NCBI GenBank assembly: GCA_945921235.1
Contig: CAMEKH010000001.1
Span: 17,961 to 81,960 of the forward strand
Reading direction: 5' to 3'
Origin: an uncultured Prevotellaceae bacterium
GTDB lineage: Bacteria; Bacteroidota; Bacteroidia; Bacteroidales; Muribaculaceae
Length of the DNA: 64,000 bases
Shown: one piece after another, positions 37,532-47,027 of the stretch
How positions within the stretch are numbered: the first letter of the stretch is position 1
Layout of the letters: each line of letters opens with the position of its first letter
The notes under the pieces: generated by a model
The model's database searches: none
What the model was told of the DNA's origin: nothing
The model's input: the letters and a program-made list of their open reading frames with translations, nothing else
Program-made: the position numbers and the translations under genes

Positions 37532-39691
37532 TCAATCCTCCTCAGCATTAGCCTCTTCATAAGCCTTGAGCAGTTTCTCCTGAACATCGCCGGGAACAAG
37601 CTCATAAGATGCAAAACGCATTGTAAATGACGAACGTCCGCCCGTGATTGAGCTTAGTGCAGTAGAATAAGATGACATTTCTTTCAAAGGAACTTTTGCT
37701 GTAATCTTTTCAAATCCTTTCTCACTATCCATTCCCATTATTATTGCACGACGCGATTGCAAGTCACTCATCACATCACCCATCTTATCGCTCGGAACAA
37801 GGACTTCCACATCATAAACAGGCTCAAGAATCTTAGGATTTGCAGCCTTAAATGCAGTGCTGAAGGCATGACGACCTGCAAGACGGAAAGAAATTTCATT
37901 GGAATCAACCGGATGCATCTTTCCATCGTAGATGCAAACTTGAACGTCGCGAGCGTATGAACCCGTCAGCGGTCCTTGCTCCATACGGTCCATAATACCT
38001 TTCACAATAGCAGGAATAAAACGCGCATCAATCGCTCCTCCTACAATGCAATTATGAACAACAAGTTTACCGCCCCATTCCAATGGGATTATTTGAGTAT
38101 CCTTAACGTTCATCTTGAATTCCTGACCGCCGAAACGATATACCTCCGGTTTTGGCATATCATCAACATACGGTTCAATAATAAGATGCACTTCACCGAA
38201 CTGACCGGCACCACCCGATTGCTTTTTATGGCGATAGTCGGCACGCGCAGCCTTGGTGATTGTTTCACGGTAAGGAATTCTCGGTTCAAGGAAGTTTACA
38301 TTAAGTTTTTCATTATTCTCAATGCGCCATTTCAGTGTTCTCAAGTGGAATTCACCTTGTCCCTTTACAATAGTTTGCTTCAATTCTTTAGATTGCTCAA
38401 TTACCCATGTCGGGTCTTCGCCATGCATTCGAGTAAGAATTTCGCTCAATTTCTCTGCATCAGGCTCATTTTGAGGCTTAATAGCTCTGGAATATTTTGG
38501 CTCCGGATATTTGATAAAATCAAATACATATTCACAGCCCTTATCATTCAATGTGTTTCCGGTCTTTACATCCTTCATTTTCACAGTAGCACCAATATCC
38601 CCTGCCATCAGCTTGTCTACAGGCGTCTTTATCTGTCCGCATACGCAATAAATCTGAGCAAGGCGCTCACGGTTGCCTTTATTCATATTTGTAAGGTCAG
38701 CTCCGGCATTGAGCGTACCCGACATTACCTTGAAATAGGACACCTCACCAATATGAGGTTCGACAGTAGTCTTAAATACCATCAAGCTCAAGGGACCATT
38801 GGCATCGGGTTTAACCTCCTCGCCTTCTGTGGTAGTAGGAGCAGGCATTTCATTGATAAATGGCACAACATTACCTAAGAATTCCATCATGCGGCGCACA
38901 CCCATATCTTTTAGTGCGCTTACACAGAACACCGGATAGATACTACGGTCGATGAGTCCCTTGCGGATTCCTTCACGCATTTCATCTTCGGTGAGTGAAC
39001 CTTGCTCAAAGAATTTATCCATTAAAGTTTCATCATTCTCAGCAGCTGCCTCCACAAGAGCTTGATTAAGTTCTTTAGCCTTATCCATCAATTCGGCAGG
39101 AATTTCTGAAATTGTAGGCACGCCACCATCAGGTCCCCATGTATAGAGTTTCATAAGAAGCACATCGACCATTGAGTTAAAGCCTGCGCCACAATTTACA
39201 GGGAATTGAATAGGCACTACTCTCGGGCCAAAAATATCCTTCATCTGAGTGATTACATTATCGTAATCAGCTTTTTCTCCATCAAGTTGATTAATTGCAA
39301 ATATTACAGGTTTCTCAAGCTTTTCGGTAGTTCTGAAAATATTTTGAGTGCCTACTTCCACACCATACTGACCATCAACAAGAATTACCCCAGTATCAGT
39401 AACATTTAATGCAGTGATTGCATTGCCCACAAAGTCATCAGCCCCCGGACAATCTATTACATTTAATTTCTTATTCAAGAATTCTGCATAAAACACAGTA
39501 GAAAACACAGAATAGCCATATTCCTTTTCCACAGGGAAATAATCGCACACGGTGTTTCCTGCCTCTATAGTGCCACGACGTTTTATAACTCCACACTCGT
39601 AAAGCATCGCTTCAGCAAGTGTGGTTTTACCTGAACCCTTACTTCCCAAGAGGGAGATGTTTTTGATTTCTTTTGTTTCGTAAACCTTCAT
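37532..39691 (-). CDS. Elongation factor G paralogue with degenerate GTPase motifs (EF-G2-like)
   Basis: 719 aa with EF-G length and domain order. G1 reads GSKGSGKT, G3 reads DCPGA (canonical DTPGH) and G4 reads NQLD (canonical NKxD). Confidence 0.9.
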   Translation of the reverse strand: MKVYETKEIKNISLLGSKGSGKTTLAEAMLYECGVIKRRGTIEAGNTVCDYFPVEKEYGYSVFSTVFYAEFLNKKLNVIDCPGADDFVGNAITALNVTDTGVILVDGQYGVEVGTQNIFRTTEKLEKPVIFAINQLDGEKADYDNVITQMKDIFGPRVVPIQFPVNCGAGFNSMVDVLLMKLYTWGPDGGVPTISEIPAELMDKAKELNQALVEAAAENDETLMDKFFEQGSLTEDEMREGIRKGLIDRSIYPVFCVSALKDMGVRRMMEFLGNVVPFINEMPAPTTTEGEEVKPDANGPLSLMVFKTTVEPHIGEVSYFKVMSGTLNAGADLTNMNKGNRERLAQIYCVCGQIKTPVDKLMAGDIGATVKMKDVKTGNTLNDKGCEYVFDFIKYPEPKYSRAIKPQNEPDAEKLSEILTRMHGEDPTWVIEQSKELKQTIVKGQGEFHLRTLKWRIENNEKLNVNFLEPRIPYRETITKAARADYRHKKQSGGAGQFGEVHLIIEPYVDDMPKPEVYRFGGQEFKMNVKDTQIIPLEWGGKLVVHNCIVGGAIDARFIPAIVKGIMDRMEQGPLTGSYARDVQVCIYDGKMHPVDSNEISFRLAGRHAFSTAFKAANPKILEPVYDVEVLVPSDKMGDVMSDLQSRRAIIMGMDSEKGFEKITAKVPLKEMSSYSTALSSITGGRSSFTMRFASYELVPGDVQEKLLKAYEEANAEED

Positions 39692-39761
39692 GTTATTAGT
39701 TTTTTGAATTTAAAATCATTGTTTACGCCTCACGAATCAAACTATCGTTTACAAATTGTTC

Positions 39762-39803
39762 ATTTCGCAAAAGCGGACGCAAATTATAAATTATTTCGCA
39801 AAA
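39762..39803. repeat. Direct repeat ATTTCGCAAAA x2 (31-bp period) upstream of the EF-G paralogue
   Basis: Exact 11-mers at 39762-39772 and 39793-39803. An inverted near-copy TTTTGCGAAA lies at 37441-37450. Confidence 0.7.
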
Positions 39804-39980
39804 ACAGCGCAATATTTATATGTTACACAACATATTTTTAATTTTTTGTCACTTTTCAATGATATTTTTCGACATTATTCTCATTTCACTCTCCACCGAC
39901 TTTGAAATTACTTTGAAAATAATCCAACTTGATAATTCTATTTTATTATGATTATATACTGTATAGTGAGTGATTTTCTG

Positions 39981-39988
39981 TACCTTTG
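39981..39988 (+). promoter_or_regulatory. -7 box TACCTTTG (ABC-F gene)
   Basis: Exact TAnnTTTG match, 31 nt before ATG 40020. Confidence 0.55.
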
Positions 39989-40019
39989 CACAGATATATT
40001 ATAGAACTCAAGCATTACA

Positions 40020-41906
40020 ATGGCAAGCATACTTCAAATCGAATCTTTGACTAAGTCATTCGGCGACCGCATACTCTTCAATGAGATTTCATTCGGAATT
40101 GCTCAAGGCGAAAAAATTGGAATCATAGCAAAAAATGGAACAGGTAAAAGCACTTTGCTCAAAATTATTACGGGTGAAGAAGACTATGATAGCGGAAAAA
40201 TAACATCGCGAAATGGATTAAAAACCGGTTATCTCGAACAAGTACCGCACCTCGATGAAAACTTAAATGTGATTGACGTGTGCATAAGTGGTGATGATGC
40301 AATCTCGGCAGCTATTCGCCGTTATGAATCAGCTCTTCTATCAGCAGATAGTATATCTATAGCCGAATCAATCAGTGAAATGGACACCATATCCGGCTGG
40401 GACTATGAAATGAGGTTCAAAAAGATTCTTTCCGAGTTGAAAATATATGACTTAACCCAAAGAATCAGTCAGTTATCAGGCGGACAAGTCAAGCGAATAG
40501 CTCTTGCCAAGATACTCATCAACAGCCCGGAGTTACTTATCCTCGACGAGCCTACCAACCACCTCGACATTGAAATGATTGAATGGCTTGAAGACTACTT
40601 GTCGAAAAGCAAAATTTCGTTGCTGCTCGTAACACACGATAGATATTTCCTCGACAATGTGTGTAACAAGATTATTGAAATAGACAACACACATATTTAT
40701 GAATACGCCGGTAACTATAATTATTACCTCGCAAAGCGACAGGAACGGGCGGAAATAATGAATGCTGAAGTTGAAAAAGCGCGTAATTTATATAAACGCG
40801 AACTTGAATGGATACGCCGGCAACCACAAGCGAGAGGTTCTAAAGCCCGATACCGCATAGATGCTTTCTATGAATTAGAGAAAAAAGCTAAAGAACGCCA
40901 CGTGGAGAAAGATATTTCGCTTAATGTGAAATCGGGATACATAGGCTCAAAAATTTTTGAAGCTCACGGCATTTCAAAGTCCTATGGCGATAAATTAATC
41001 GTAAAAGACTTTAATTATATTTTTGCACGTTATGACAAAGTGGGCATTGTGGGAAATAATGGCGTGGGCAAAACCACATTCATAAAGATGCTTCTTGGCG
41101 AGACCGAGCCCGACAGCGGCTATTTTGAAATTGGCGAAACGGTTAAATTCGGTTATTATAGTCAGCAAGGTATTACTTTTGATGAAAACAAAAAAGTAAT
41201 TGATGCTGTGAAAGATATTGCCGAGCATATTACTCTCGATGAAAAGCACAGCTACTCAGCATCGCAATTCTTGCAACTATTCCTATTCTCCCCTACCGAC
41301 CAGCAAAAATTCATCTATAAATTGAGTGGAGGAGAAAAGCGTAGGCTATATCTTGCCATAGTGCTAATGCGAAAACCTAATTTCCTGATTCTTGATGAAC
41401 CGACCAACGACCTCGATATACGCACTCTTGAAGTTCTTGAAGAATATCTTGAGCAGTTCAAGGGGTGCGTCATTTTGGTGTCTCACGACCGATTCTTTAT
41501 GGATAGGATTGTTGACCACATTTTCGCATTCACAGGCAATGGAATCATCAAGGATTTTCCCGGAGGATACTCTGATTACAGATTGTGGAAAAAAGAAAAG
41601 GAAAAAGAAGAGCAAGCATTACTACGCGAACAGAGTGCAAGCACTAAAGCCAAAAACGAAAAAGAGCGTAGAAACAACCGCGAAATGCAAAGGCAACAAA
41701 AACTCACTTTTGCCGAAAAACGAGAACTTGAGAATATCACAAAAGAACTTGATGAACTAAACGCTGAGAAAGAGTCGCTTGAAATTATTTTCAATAGCGG
41801 TGAGACTATAAACGATATAGCAGAAAAAGCTGCACGATATAACGAACTTAAAGAATTAATTGATGAAAAAGAATTGCGTTGGCTTGAATTAAGCGAAAAA
41901 GAATAA
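40020..41906 (+). CDS. ABC-F family ATPase (Uup/YbiT-like) with a C-terminal coiled coil
   Basis: 628 aa with two ABC cassettes (GKNGTGKST / LSGGQ; GNNGVGKTT / LSGGE). It has no TM domain and a K/E-rich C-terminal tail. Confidence 0.9.
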   Translation: MASILQIESLTKSFGDRILFNEISFGIAQGEKIGIIAKNGTGKSTLLKIITGEEDYDSGKITSRNGLKTGYLEQVPHLDENLNVIDVCISGDDAISAAIRRYESALLSADSISIAESISEMDTISGWDYEMRFKKILSELKIYDLTQRISQLSGGQVKRIALAKILINSPELLILDEPTNHLDIEMIEWLEDYLSKSKISLLLVTHDRYFLDNVCNKIIEIDNTHIYEYAGNYNYYLAKRQERAEIMNAEVEKARNLYKRELEWIRRQPQARGSKARYRIDAFYELEKKAKERHVEKDISLNVKSGYIGSKIFEAHGISKSYGDKLIVKDFNYIFARYDKVGIVGNNGVGKTTFIKMLLGETEPDSGYFEIGETVKFGYYSQQGITFDENKKVIDAVKDIAEHITLDEKHSYSASQFLQLFLFSPTDQQKFIYKLSGGEKRRLYLAIVLMRKPNFLILDEPTNDLDIRTLEVLEEYLEQFKGCVILVSHDRFFMDRIVDHIFAFTGNGIIKDFPGGYSDYRLWKKEKEKEEQALLREQSASTKAKNEKERRNNREMQRQQKLTFAEKRELENITKELDELNAEKESLEIIFNSGETINDIAEKAARYNELKELIDEKELRWLELSEKE

Positions 41907-42034
41907 TAGCAGTCTATTTCTATTTTATTCTTTATTTTTGATTAAGCGACAAGCAGATTCCGTGGGCTACAGGGTGACAAGTAACTGACAATAAAAAACA
42001 TAGATTTTTATTTGTTGCTCTGCACTCCTTGCAT

Positions 42035-42042
42035 TATCTTTG
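42035..42042 (+). promoter_or_regulatory. -7 box TATCTTTG (amylase)
   Basis: Exact TAnnTTTG match, 48 nt before ATG 42091. Confidence 0.55.
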
Positions 42043-42090
42043 CATACAAATTTCTAATATCAAAATTATTAATATAAACTTCAATAACTT

Positions 42091-43515
42091 ATGAAACATT
42101 TATTTCTTTCAGCCATTGCGGTGACATTGGGCCTTTCTGCCTATTCAGCCAACAATGTAAAAGCCGAACCTACTAACGATGATGTCATTCTCCACGCTTG
42201 GTGCTGGTCATTCAACACCATAAAGGAGAATATGAAAGACATAGCCAATGCCGGATATAAGTATGTTCAGACTTCTCCGGCTCAAGAATGCGTAACCCAA
42301 ACCAAAGGTGACAAAGGTGGAGGAAATCAAATATTCGGGCATGGCAGATGGTATTATCACTATCAACCTACCGATTGGAAAATCGGTAACTATCAACTCG
42401 GGACGCGCGATGATTTCAAAGAAATGTGCAATGAAGCCGACAAATATGGAGTGAAAGTAATTGTCGACGTCTTACCTAACCACACTGCTATTGATGATAC
42501 TCGCGTGAGCGATGCTCTCGATGCGGCAGTTGGTGGTCATGAAAATCTCTACCATGCCAATGGCTTTAACGAAATTAAAGATTACAATGACCGCTTTCAA
42601 TGCACAACAGGACAAATGGGTGGACTTCCCGACGTAAATACAGAGAATCCGGATTTCCAATATTACTATATGACATACGTAAACGACCTACTTGCTTGTG
42701 GCGCTCGCGGATTTCGTTATGACACGGCAAAACACATTGGGTTGCCAAGTGACCCATTAGACAGCAAGTCGAAGCAAAACGATTTCTGGGACGTTGCCCT
42801 CGGGCGCAAAGCAGTGAAAGGGCTTAAAATGTCGATGCCAAGCGACAGTTTGTTTATATATGGTGAAGTTCTTCAAGATAAGAATGTGAAAGAAGAAGAA
42901 TATGCCGAATATATGAAACTAACTGCGAGTTCTTATGGTTACGTTCTACGTAATGCCGTTGAAAAAGGAAAATGGCACGCTGATAACATAGGCAATTGGT
43001 GCCATAAATCCTCACCACTCAATCTTGTCACATGGGTTGAATCTCACGACACTTATTGCAATGCCCATGAATCTGCAGGCTTAAGTAGCGACCAAATTAA
43101 AGTTGCATGGGCATTTTTAACCGCACGCCAATTTGGAACGCCACTTTTCTACAATCGTCCGAATGGAAGTAATAAAGGCAACTACTGGGGAGACAACATT
43201 GTAGGCAAACGCGGAAATGATTCTTTTAAACACCCGGAAGTGGTGGCAGTCAACAAATTCCGCCGAGAAATGCACGGTCTTGCCGAAAACATATTCTATT
43301 CAAGCAATGATAAGGTTGCAGAAGTGTGTCGAGGAACAAAAGGAGCAGTTATAGTTAATGCTTCGAGCGATATTGTTGCAGTGAATATGCCTACTACGCT
43401 AAAGAATGGAAAATACACCGACTCTGTATATGGCAATACATTTATTGTAAAAAAAGGAATGCTGACAGGTACTCTAAAGCCACTAACAAGCTACATCATT
43501 AAATCGCGCAAATGA
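42091..43515 (+). CDS. Secreted alpha-amylase, GH13, Bacillus AmyE-like
   Basis: Signal peptide present. GH13 regions DVLPNHT, GFRYDTAKH, YGEVLQD and WVESHD. The N-terminal ILHAWCWSFNTIKENMKDIANAGY closely recalls B. subtilis AmyE (from memory). Confidence 0.9.
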   Translation: MKHLFLSAIAVTLGLSAYSANNVKAEPTNDDVILHAWCWSFNTIKENMKDIANAGYKYVQTSPAQECVTQTKGDKGGGNQIFGHGRWYYHYQPTDWKIGNYQLGTRDDFKEMCNEADKYGVKVIVDVLPNHTAIDDTRVSDALDAAVGGHENLYHANGFNEIKDYNDRFQCTTGQMGGLPDVNTENPDFQYYYMTYVNDLLACGARGFRYDTAKHIGLPSDPLDSKSKQNDFWDVALGRKAVKGLKMSMPSDSLFIYGEVLQDKNVKEEEYAEYMKLTASSYGYVLRNAVEKGKWHADNIGNWCHKSSPLNLVTWVESHDTYCNAHESAGLSSDQIKVAWAFLTARQFGTPLFYNRPNGSNKGNYWGDNIVGKRGNDSFKHPEVVAVNKFRREMHGLAENIFYSSNDKVAEVCRGTKGAVIVNASSDIVAVNMPTTLKNGKYTDSVYGNTFIVKKGMLTGTLKPLTSYIIKSRK

Positions 43516-43564
43516 CTAAAACATAATCGCAGCAATATTTCAAAAATTAATGTTAAATAATAGT

Positions 43565-43604
43565 AAGCCCCTACCCAATTGCTATTGAGTAGGGGGCTTT
43601 TTTT
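43565..43604 (+). terminator. Intrinsic terminator after the amylase gene
   Basis: Stem AAGCCCCTAC / GTAGGGGCTT followed by T-run. Confidence 0.85.
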
Positions 43605-43700
43605 CAGTATAAGAGCATACGTAAACATTTTTTACAATTTTTTGAGCCGACAATGAGCAGGTTTTATCGTTTTTAACGATTAAAATTAAAAAAATAATCG

Positions 43701-43708
43701 TATCTTTG
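43701..43708 (+). promoter_or_regulatory. -7 box TATCTTTG (rpoD)
   Basis: Exact TAnnTTTG match, 24 nt before ATG 43733. Confidence 0.6.
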
Positions 43709-43732
43709 CGCACTAAATTCTCTAAGGTACAA

Positions 43733-44593
43733 ATGAGACAATTAAAGATTACAAAATCAATCACTAATCGTGAGAGCGCATCACTTGATAAATATCTGCA
43801 AGAGATAGGTCGAGAAGACCTTATCACTGTGGAAGAAGAAGTGGAATTAGCTCAAGCGATAAAAAAAGGTGACCATGCCGCACTCGAGAAATTAACCCGC
43901 GCAAATCTACGTTTCGTTGTTTCAGTGGCTAAACAGTATCAGAACCAAGGATTAAGTCTGCCCGACTTAATTAACGAAGGTAATCTCGGCTTGATTAAAG
44001 CTGCTCAGAAATTCGATGAAACACGCGGATTTAAGTTCATTTCTTATGCAGTGTGGTGGATTCGTCAATCTATTCTTCAAGCACTTGCCGAGCAGTCGCG
44101 CATTGTTCGTCTACCACTTAACCAAGTGGGGTCACTCAACAAAATCAGCAAAGCATTATCAAAATTCGAGCAAGAGAATGAACGTCGTCCTTCACCTGAA
44201 GAGCTTGCAAAACAACTTGACATTCCTGTTGACAAGATTTCAGATACTTTGAAAGTATCAGGGCGCCACATCTCTGTCGATGCACCATTTGTTGAGGGTG
44301 AAGACAATAGTCTTCTTGACGTATTGACCAACGATGACTCCCCTATGGCTGATTCTTCTCTTAATCAAGAATCACTATCAAAGGAGGTGGACCGCGCTCT
44401 AAACCAATTGCACGAACGAGAACGTGACATCTTGAAAATGTTTTTTGGCATCGGTTGTCAGGAGATGACACTTGAAGAAATAGGTGCGAAATTCGACCTT
44501 ACTCGCGAACGCGTACGCCAAATTAAGGAAAAAGCTATTCGCAGGCTGAAAGGTCAAAAAAGCCGACTTTTGAAATCTTATCTTGGCGATTAA
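43733..44593 (+). CDS. rpoD: Primary RNA polymerase sigma factor (Bacteroidetes sigma-A)
   Basis: 286 aa. Regions 2 to 4 are present ([46 protein letters not shown]). The ORF-track start 43706 is the TTG of the -7 box TATCTTTG. Confidence 0.93.
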   Translation: MRQLKITKSITNRESASLDKYLQEIGREDLITVEEEVELAQAIKKGDHAALEKLTRANLRFVVSVAKQYQNQGLSLPDLINEGNLGLIKAAQKFDETRGFKFISYAVWWIRQSILQALAEQSRIVRLPLNQVGSLNKISKALSKFEQENERRPSPEELAKQLDIPVDKISDTLKVSGRHISVDAPFVEGEDNSLLDVLTNDDSPMADSSLNQESLSKEVDRALNQLHERERDILKMFFGIGCQEMTLEEIGAKFDLTRERVRQIKEKAIRRLKGQKSRLLKSYLGD

Positions 44594-44617
44594 TTTAACC
44601 AAGTTTATTAATGAACT

Positions 44618-44653
44618 ACGGTCACTCAAATTTAAAAGAGCGACCGTTTTTTT
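44618..44653 (+). terminator. Intrinsic terminator after rpoD
   Basis: Stem ACGGTCACTC / GAGCGACCGT with one mismatch, followed by T7. Confidence 0.7.
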
Positions 44654-44746
44654 CATTCTTTTCTATGCTATTTCAGCATTTTATATTACTTTAGCAACGA
44701 TAAAACAAAACTCTATGATACATTAATTCATTAAAATGAAAAATTT

Positions 44747-45313
44747 ATGAAATCCATCATAAACATTACGTTTTCAATAATATTATTATTTTTCTGCTGT
44801 TTCGATGCTTCTGCTCGAAACAAAAGGACTAAAACCGATGCTCCTCCAAGCGCATTTATGAGGCACTTCGCTTGGGGAATAGACGTAGGTTCATCAATTG
44901 ACATATCAGGAAACGACCTTTCCTCACTTGATATTTCCGCCTATTTCGGCTATAAAAACTCCATTATACGCACTTTAGGTGCCGGTGTAGACATTCGAAG
45001 CTCTTTGGGCAATAGTCATACACTTATGCCTATATATGCAATGATACGCAGCGATTTTACAAATAAAAATCCTCTATGCTTTTTAGAATCGCGCATAGGC
45101 TATTCGTTTAATACCCTTAATACCATTGAGAAGGAAAACGGCTTGTTCTTTTCAGTGGGTATAGGATTCAATTTGTTTACATCATCGACAGTGAAATCAC
45201 ACATTATTTTATCTTATACATATAATGAATTGAAAGCCGATGACCTCCTTGAATACACCCGATACATAAATAATTTAAGTGCAATGTCTATAAGAATAGG
45301 TGTTAATTTTTAA
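44747..45313 (+). CDS. Putative small outer-membrane beta-barrel protein
   Basis: 188 aa with a signal peptide, alternating beta-strand pattern and a C-terminal aromatic residue (..IRIGVNF). Confidence 0.55.
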   Translation: MKSIINITFSIILLFFCCFDASARNKRTKTDAPPSAFMRHFAWGIDVGSSIDISGNDLSSLDISAYFGYKNSIIRTLGAGVDIRSSLGNSHTLMPIYAMIRSDFTNKNPLCFLESRIGYSFNTLNTIEKENGLFFSVGIGFNLFTSSTVKSHIILSYTYNELKADDLLEYTRYINNLSAMSIRIGVNF

Positions 45314-45426
45314 TACAGAGCCATAAATTACAGCAAAACATTAAGTATATAACGTTTTATAGTAAAAATTTATCGCAACAAAAGCATTTTTTATTACATT
45401 TTGTTTGATAAATTAATTTAATACAT

Positions 45427-45434
45427 TAACTTTG
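45427..45434 (+). promoter_or_regulatory. -7 box TAACTTTG (leu operon)
   Basis: Exact TAnnTTTG match, 70 nt before ATG 45505 and upstream of the leader hairpin. Confidence 0.55.
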
Positions 45435-45445
45435 CAACCACATTA

Positions 45446-45483
45446 AGCCTTTCTTCACATAGCATGAGAAAGGCTCATTTTTT
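45446..45483 (+). terminator. Terminator-like hairpin inside the leuA 5' leader (candidate attenuator)
   Basis: Stem AGCCTTTCT (45446-45454) pairs with AGAAAGGCT (45467-45475), followed by CA plus T6. It lies between the -7 box (45427-45434) and the leuA ATG (45505). Confidence 0.6.
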
Positions 45484-45504
45484 AATAATAATATATTTAT
45501 AAAT

Positions 45505-47001
45505 ATGAACAACCGTCTATACATTTTCGATACTACTCTTCGCGATGGTGAACAAGTACCCGGCTGCCAATTGAACACGGTAGAAAAAATTCAAGTTGCT
45601 AAAGCCTTGGAAAGCCTTGGTGTCGACGTTATTGAAGCCGGATTTCCGGTATCGAGTCCCGGAGATTTCAACTCAGTAGTAGAAATATCAAAAGCAGTTA
45701 CTTGGCCCACGATATGCGCACTGACAAGAGCAGTTGAAAAAGATATAGAAGTAGCGGCTGAAGCCCTGAAATATGCAAAGCGTGGTAGAATTCACACCGG
45801 CATCGGCACATCTGATTATCACATAAAATATAAATTTAATTCTACAAGAGAAGAAATAATAGAGCGTGCAGTGGCAGCCGTATCCTACGCTAAAAGATTC
45901 GTTGAAGACGTGCAATTCTACGCTGAAGACGCCGGCAGAACCGACAATGAGTATCTCGCACGTGTAATAGAGGCTGTGATTAAAGCAGGAGCTACCGTAG
46001 TGAATATTCCCGACACCACAGGCTACTGTCTTCCGGCTGAATTTGGTGCTAAAATTAAATATTTAGTCGAGAACGTAAATGGTATCGACAAGGTAACTAT
46101 CGCGACCCATTGCCATAACGACCTCGGAATGGCAACTGCCAACACAATAGAAGGAATCATCAATGGTGCTCGGCAAGCTGAAGTAACAATCAATGGCATT
46201 GGAGAGCGTGCAGGCAATACATCACTTGAAGAAGTGGCTATGATTTTCAAGAGCCACAAAGACCTTGGTATTTCAACCAATATCAATACACCTAAAATTT
46301 ACAACACAAGTCGTATGGTTTCAAGCCTTATGAATATGCCTGTACAACCCAACAAGGCAATTGTAGGGCGTAATGCATTTGCTCATTCATCCGGTATCCA
46401 CCAAGATGGTGTGTTGAAGAATCGAGAAAGTTATGAAATTATCGACCCCAAAGACATAGGACTTGATGAAAATTCAATTGTGCTTACAGCTCGCAGCGGA
46501 CGTGCTGCATTGAAGCATAGATTACATATTTTAGGAATAGAACTCGATAAAGACGGTCTTGACAAAGCCTACGAGTCTTTCTTAAAACTTGCCGACCGAA
46601 AGAAGGACATCAATGATGACGACATAATGATGCTTGTGGGTAAACACATTAACAAAGATGCTCGCATCAAGCTCGACTATCTGCAAGTGACCTCGGGCGT
46701 AGGTCTTCAATCAGTAGCAAGTGTCCGACTGGATATTGCTTCCGAAAAATTCGAAGCATGTGCATCGGGTAACGGACCTGTAGATGCTGCTATTTTGGCA
46801 ATAAAACAAATAATCCACCGACAGATGATTGTGAAGGAATTCCTTATTCAAGCAATCACAAAAGGTAGCAACGATGTGGGTAAAGTACATATGACTGTGG
46901 AATATGATGGCAATTCTTATTATGGATTTTCAGCCAATACTGATATTGTAGCGGCATCAGCCGAAGCATTCATCAATGCAATAAACAAATTTGTTCACTG
47001 A
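45505..47001 (+). CDS. leuA: 2-isopropylmalate synthase
   Basis: 498 aa. Motifs [11 protein letters not shown] and [13 protein letters not shown], plus a C-terminal LeuA dimerisation/regulatory domain. It is the first gene of the leu cluster. Confidence 0.92.
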   Translation: MNNRLYIFDTTLRDGEQVPGCQLNTVEKIQVAKALESLGVDVIEAGFPVSSPGDFNSVVEISKAVTWPTICALTRAVEKDIEVAAEALKYAKRGRIHTGIGTSDYHIKYKFNSTREEIIERAVAAVSYAKRFVEDVQFYAEDAGRTDNEYLARVIEAVIKAGATVVNIPDTTGYCLPAEFGAKIKYLVENVNGIDKVTIATHCHNDLGMATANTIEGIINGARQAEVTINGIGERAGNTSLEEVAMIFKSHKDLGISTNINTPKIYNTSRMVSSLMNMPVQPNKAIVGRNAFAHSSGIHQDGVLKNRESYEIIDPKDIGLDENSIVLTARSGRAALKHRLHILGIELDKDGLDKAYESFLKLADRKKDINDDDIMMLVGKHINKDARIKLDYLQVTSGVGLQSVASVRLDIASEKFEACASGNGPVDAAILAIKQIIHRQMIVKEFLIQAITKGSNDVGKVHMTVEYDGNSYYGFSANTDIVAASAEAFINAINKFVH

Positions 47002-47027
47002 TTATTAATGTAAAAACTGAATATAGC

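Noticed and set aside
37976-38878. A 300-aa ORF on the + strand, the longest unexplained ORF in the track.
   Set aside because: It lies entirely antisense to the EF-G paralogue in the codon-aligned frame. In that frame antisense stops require the sense codons TTA, CTA or TCA, which are presumably rare in this gene. The peptide has no motifs and looks like a shadow ORF.
41941-41995. A locally GC-richer patch with three GACAA(G) copies after the ABC-F gene, considered as a possible sRNA or repeat.
   Set aside because: The repeats are only 5-6 nt long. There is no hairpin, terminator or promoter box, so it is indistinguishable from chance.
43706-43732. N-terminal extensions in the ORF track, at rpoD and also at 11960, 30405, 35220, 54300, 61669, 19565, 23799, 25111, 49003 and 52527.
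   Set aside because: At 43706, 11960, 30405 and 61669 the start is the TTG of (or overlapping) the TAnnTTTG promoter box itself. 35220, 54300 and 19565 are other non-ATG starts in the promoter region or AT-rich spacer, or overlapping the upstream gene's stop codon. 23799, 25111 and 49003 lie inside the upstream gene. 52527 lies upstream of the gene's own -7 box. In each case the conserved protein N-terminus begins at a downstream ATG.
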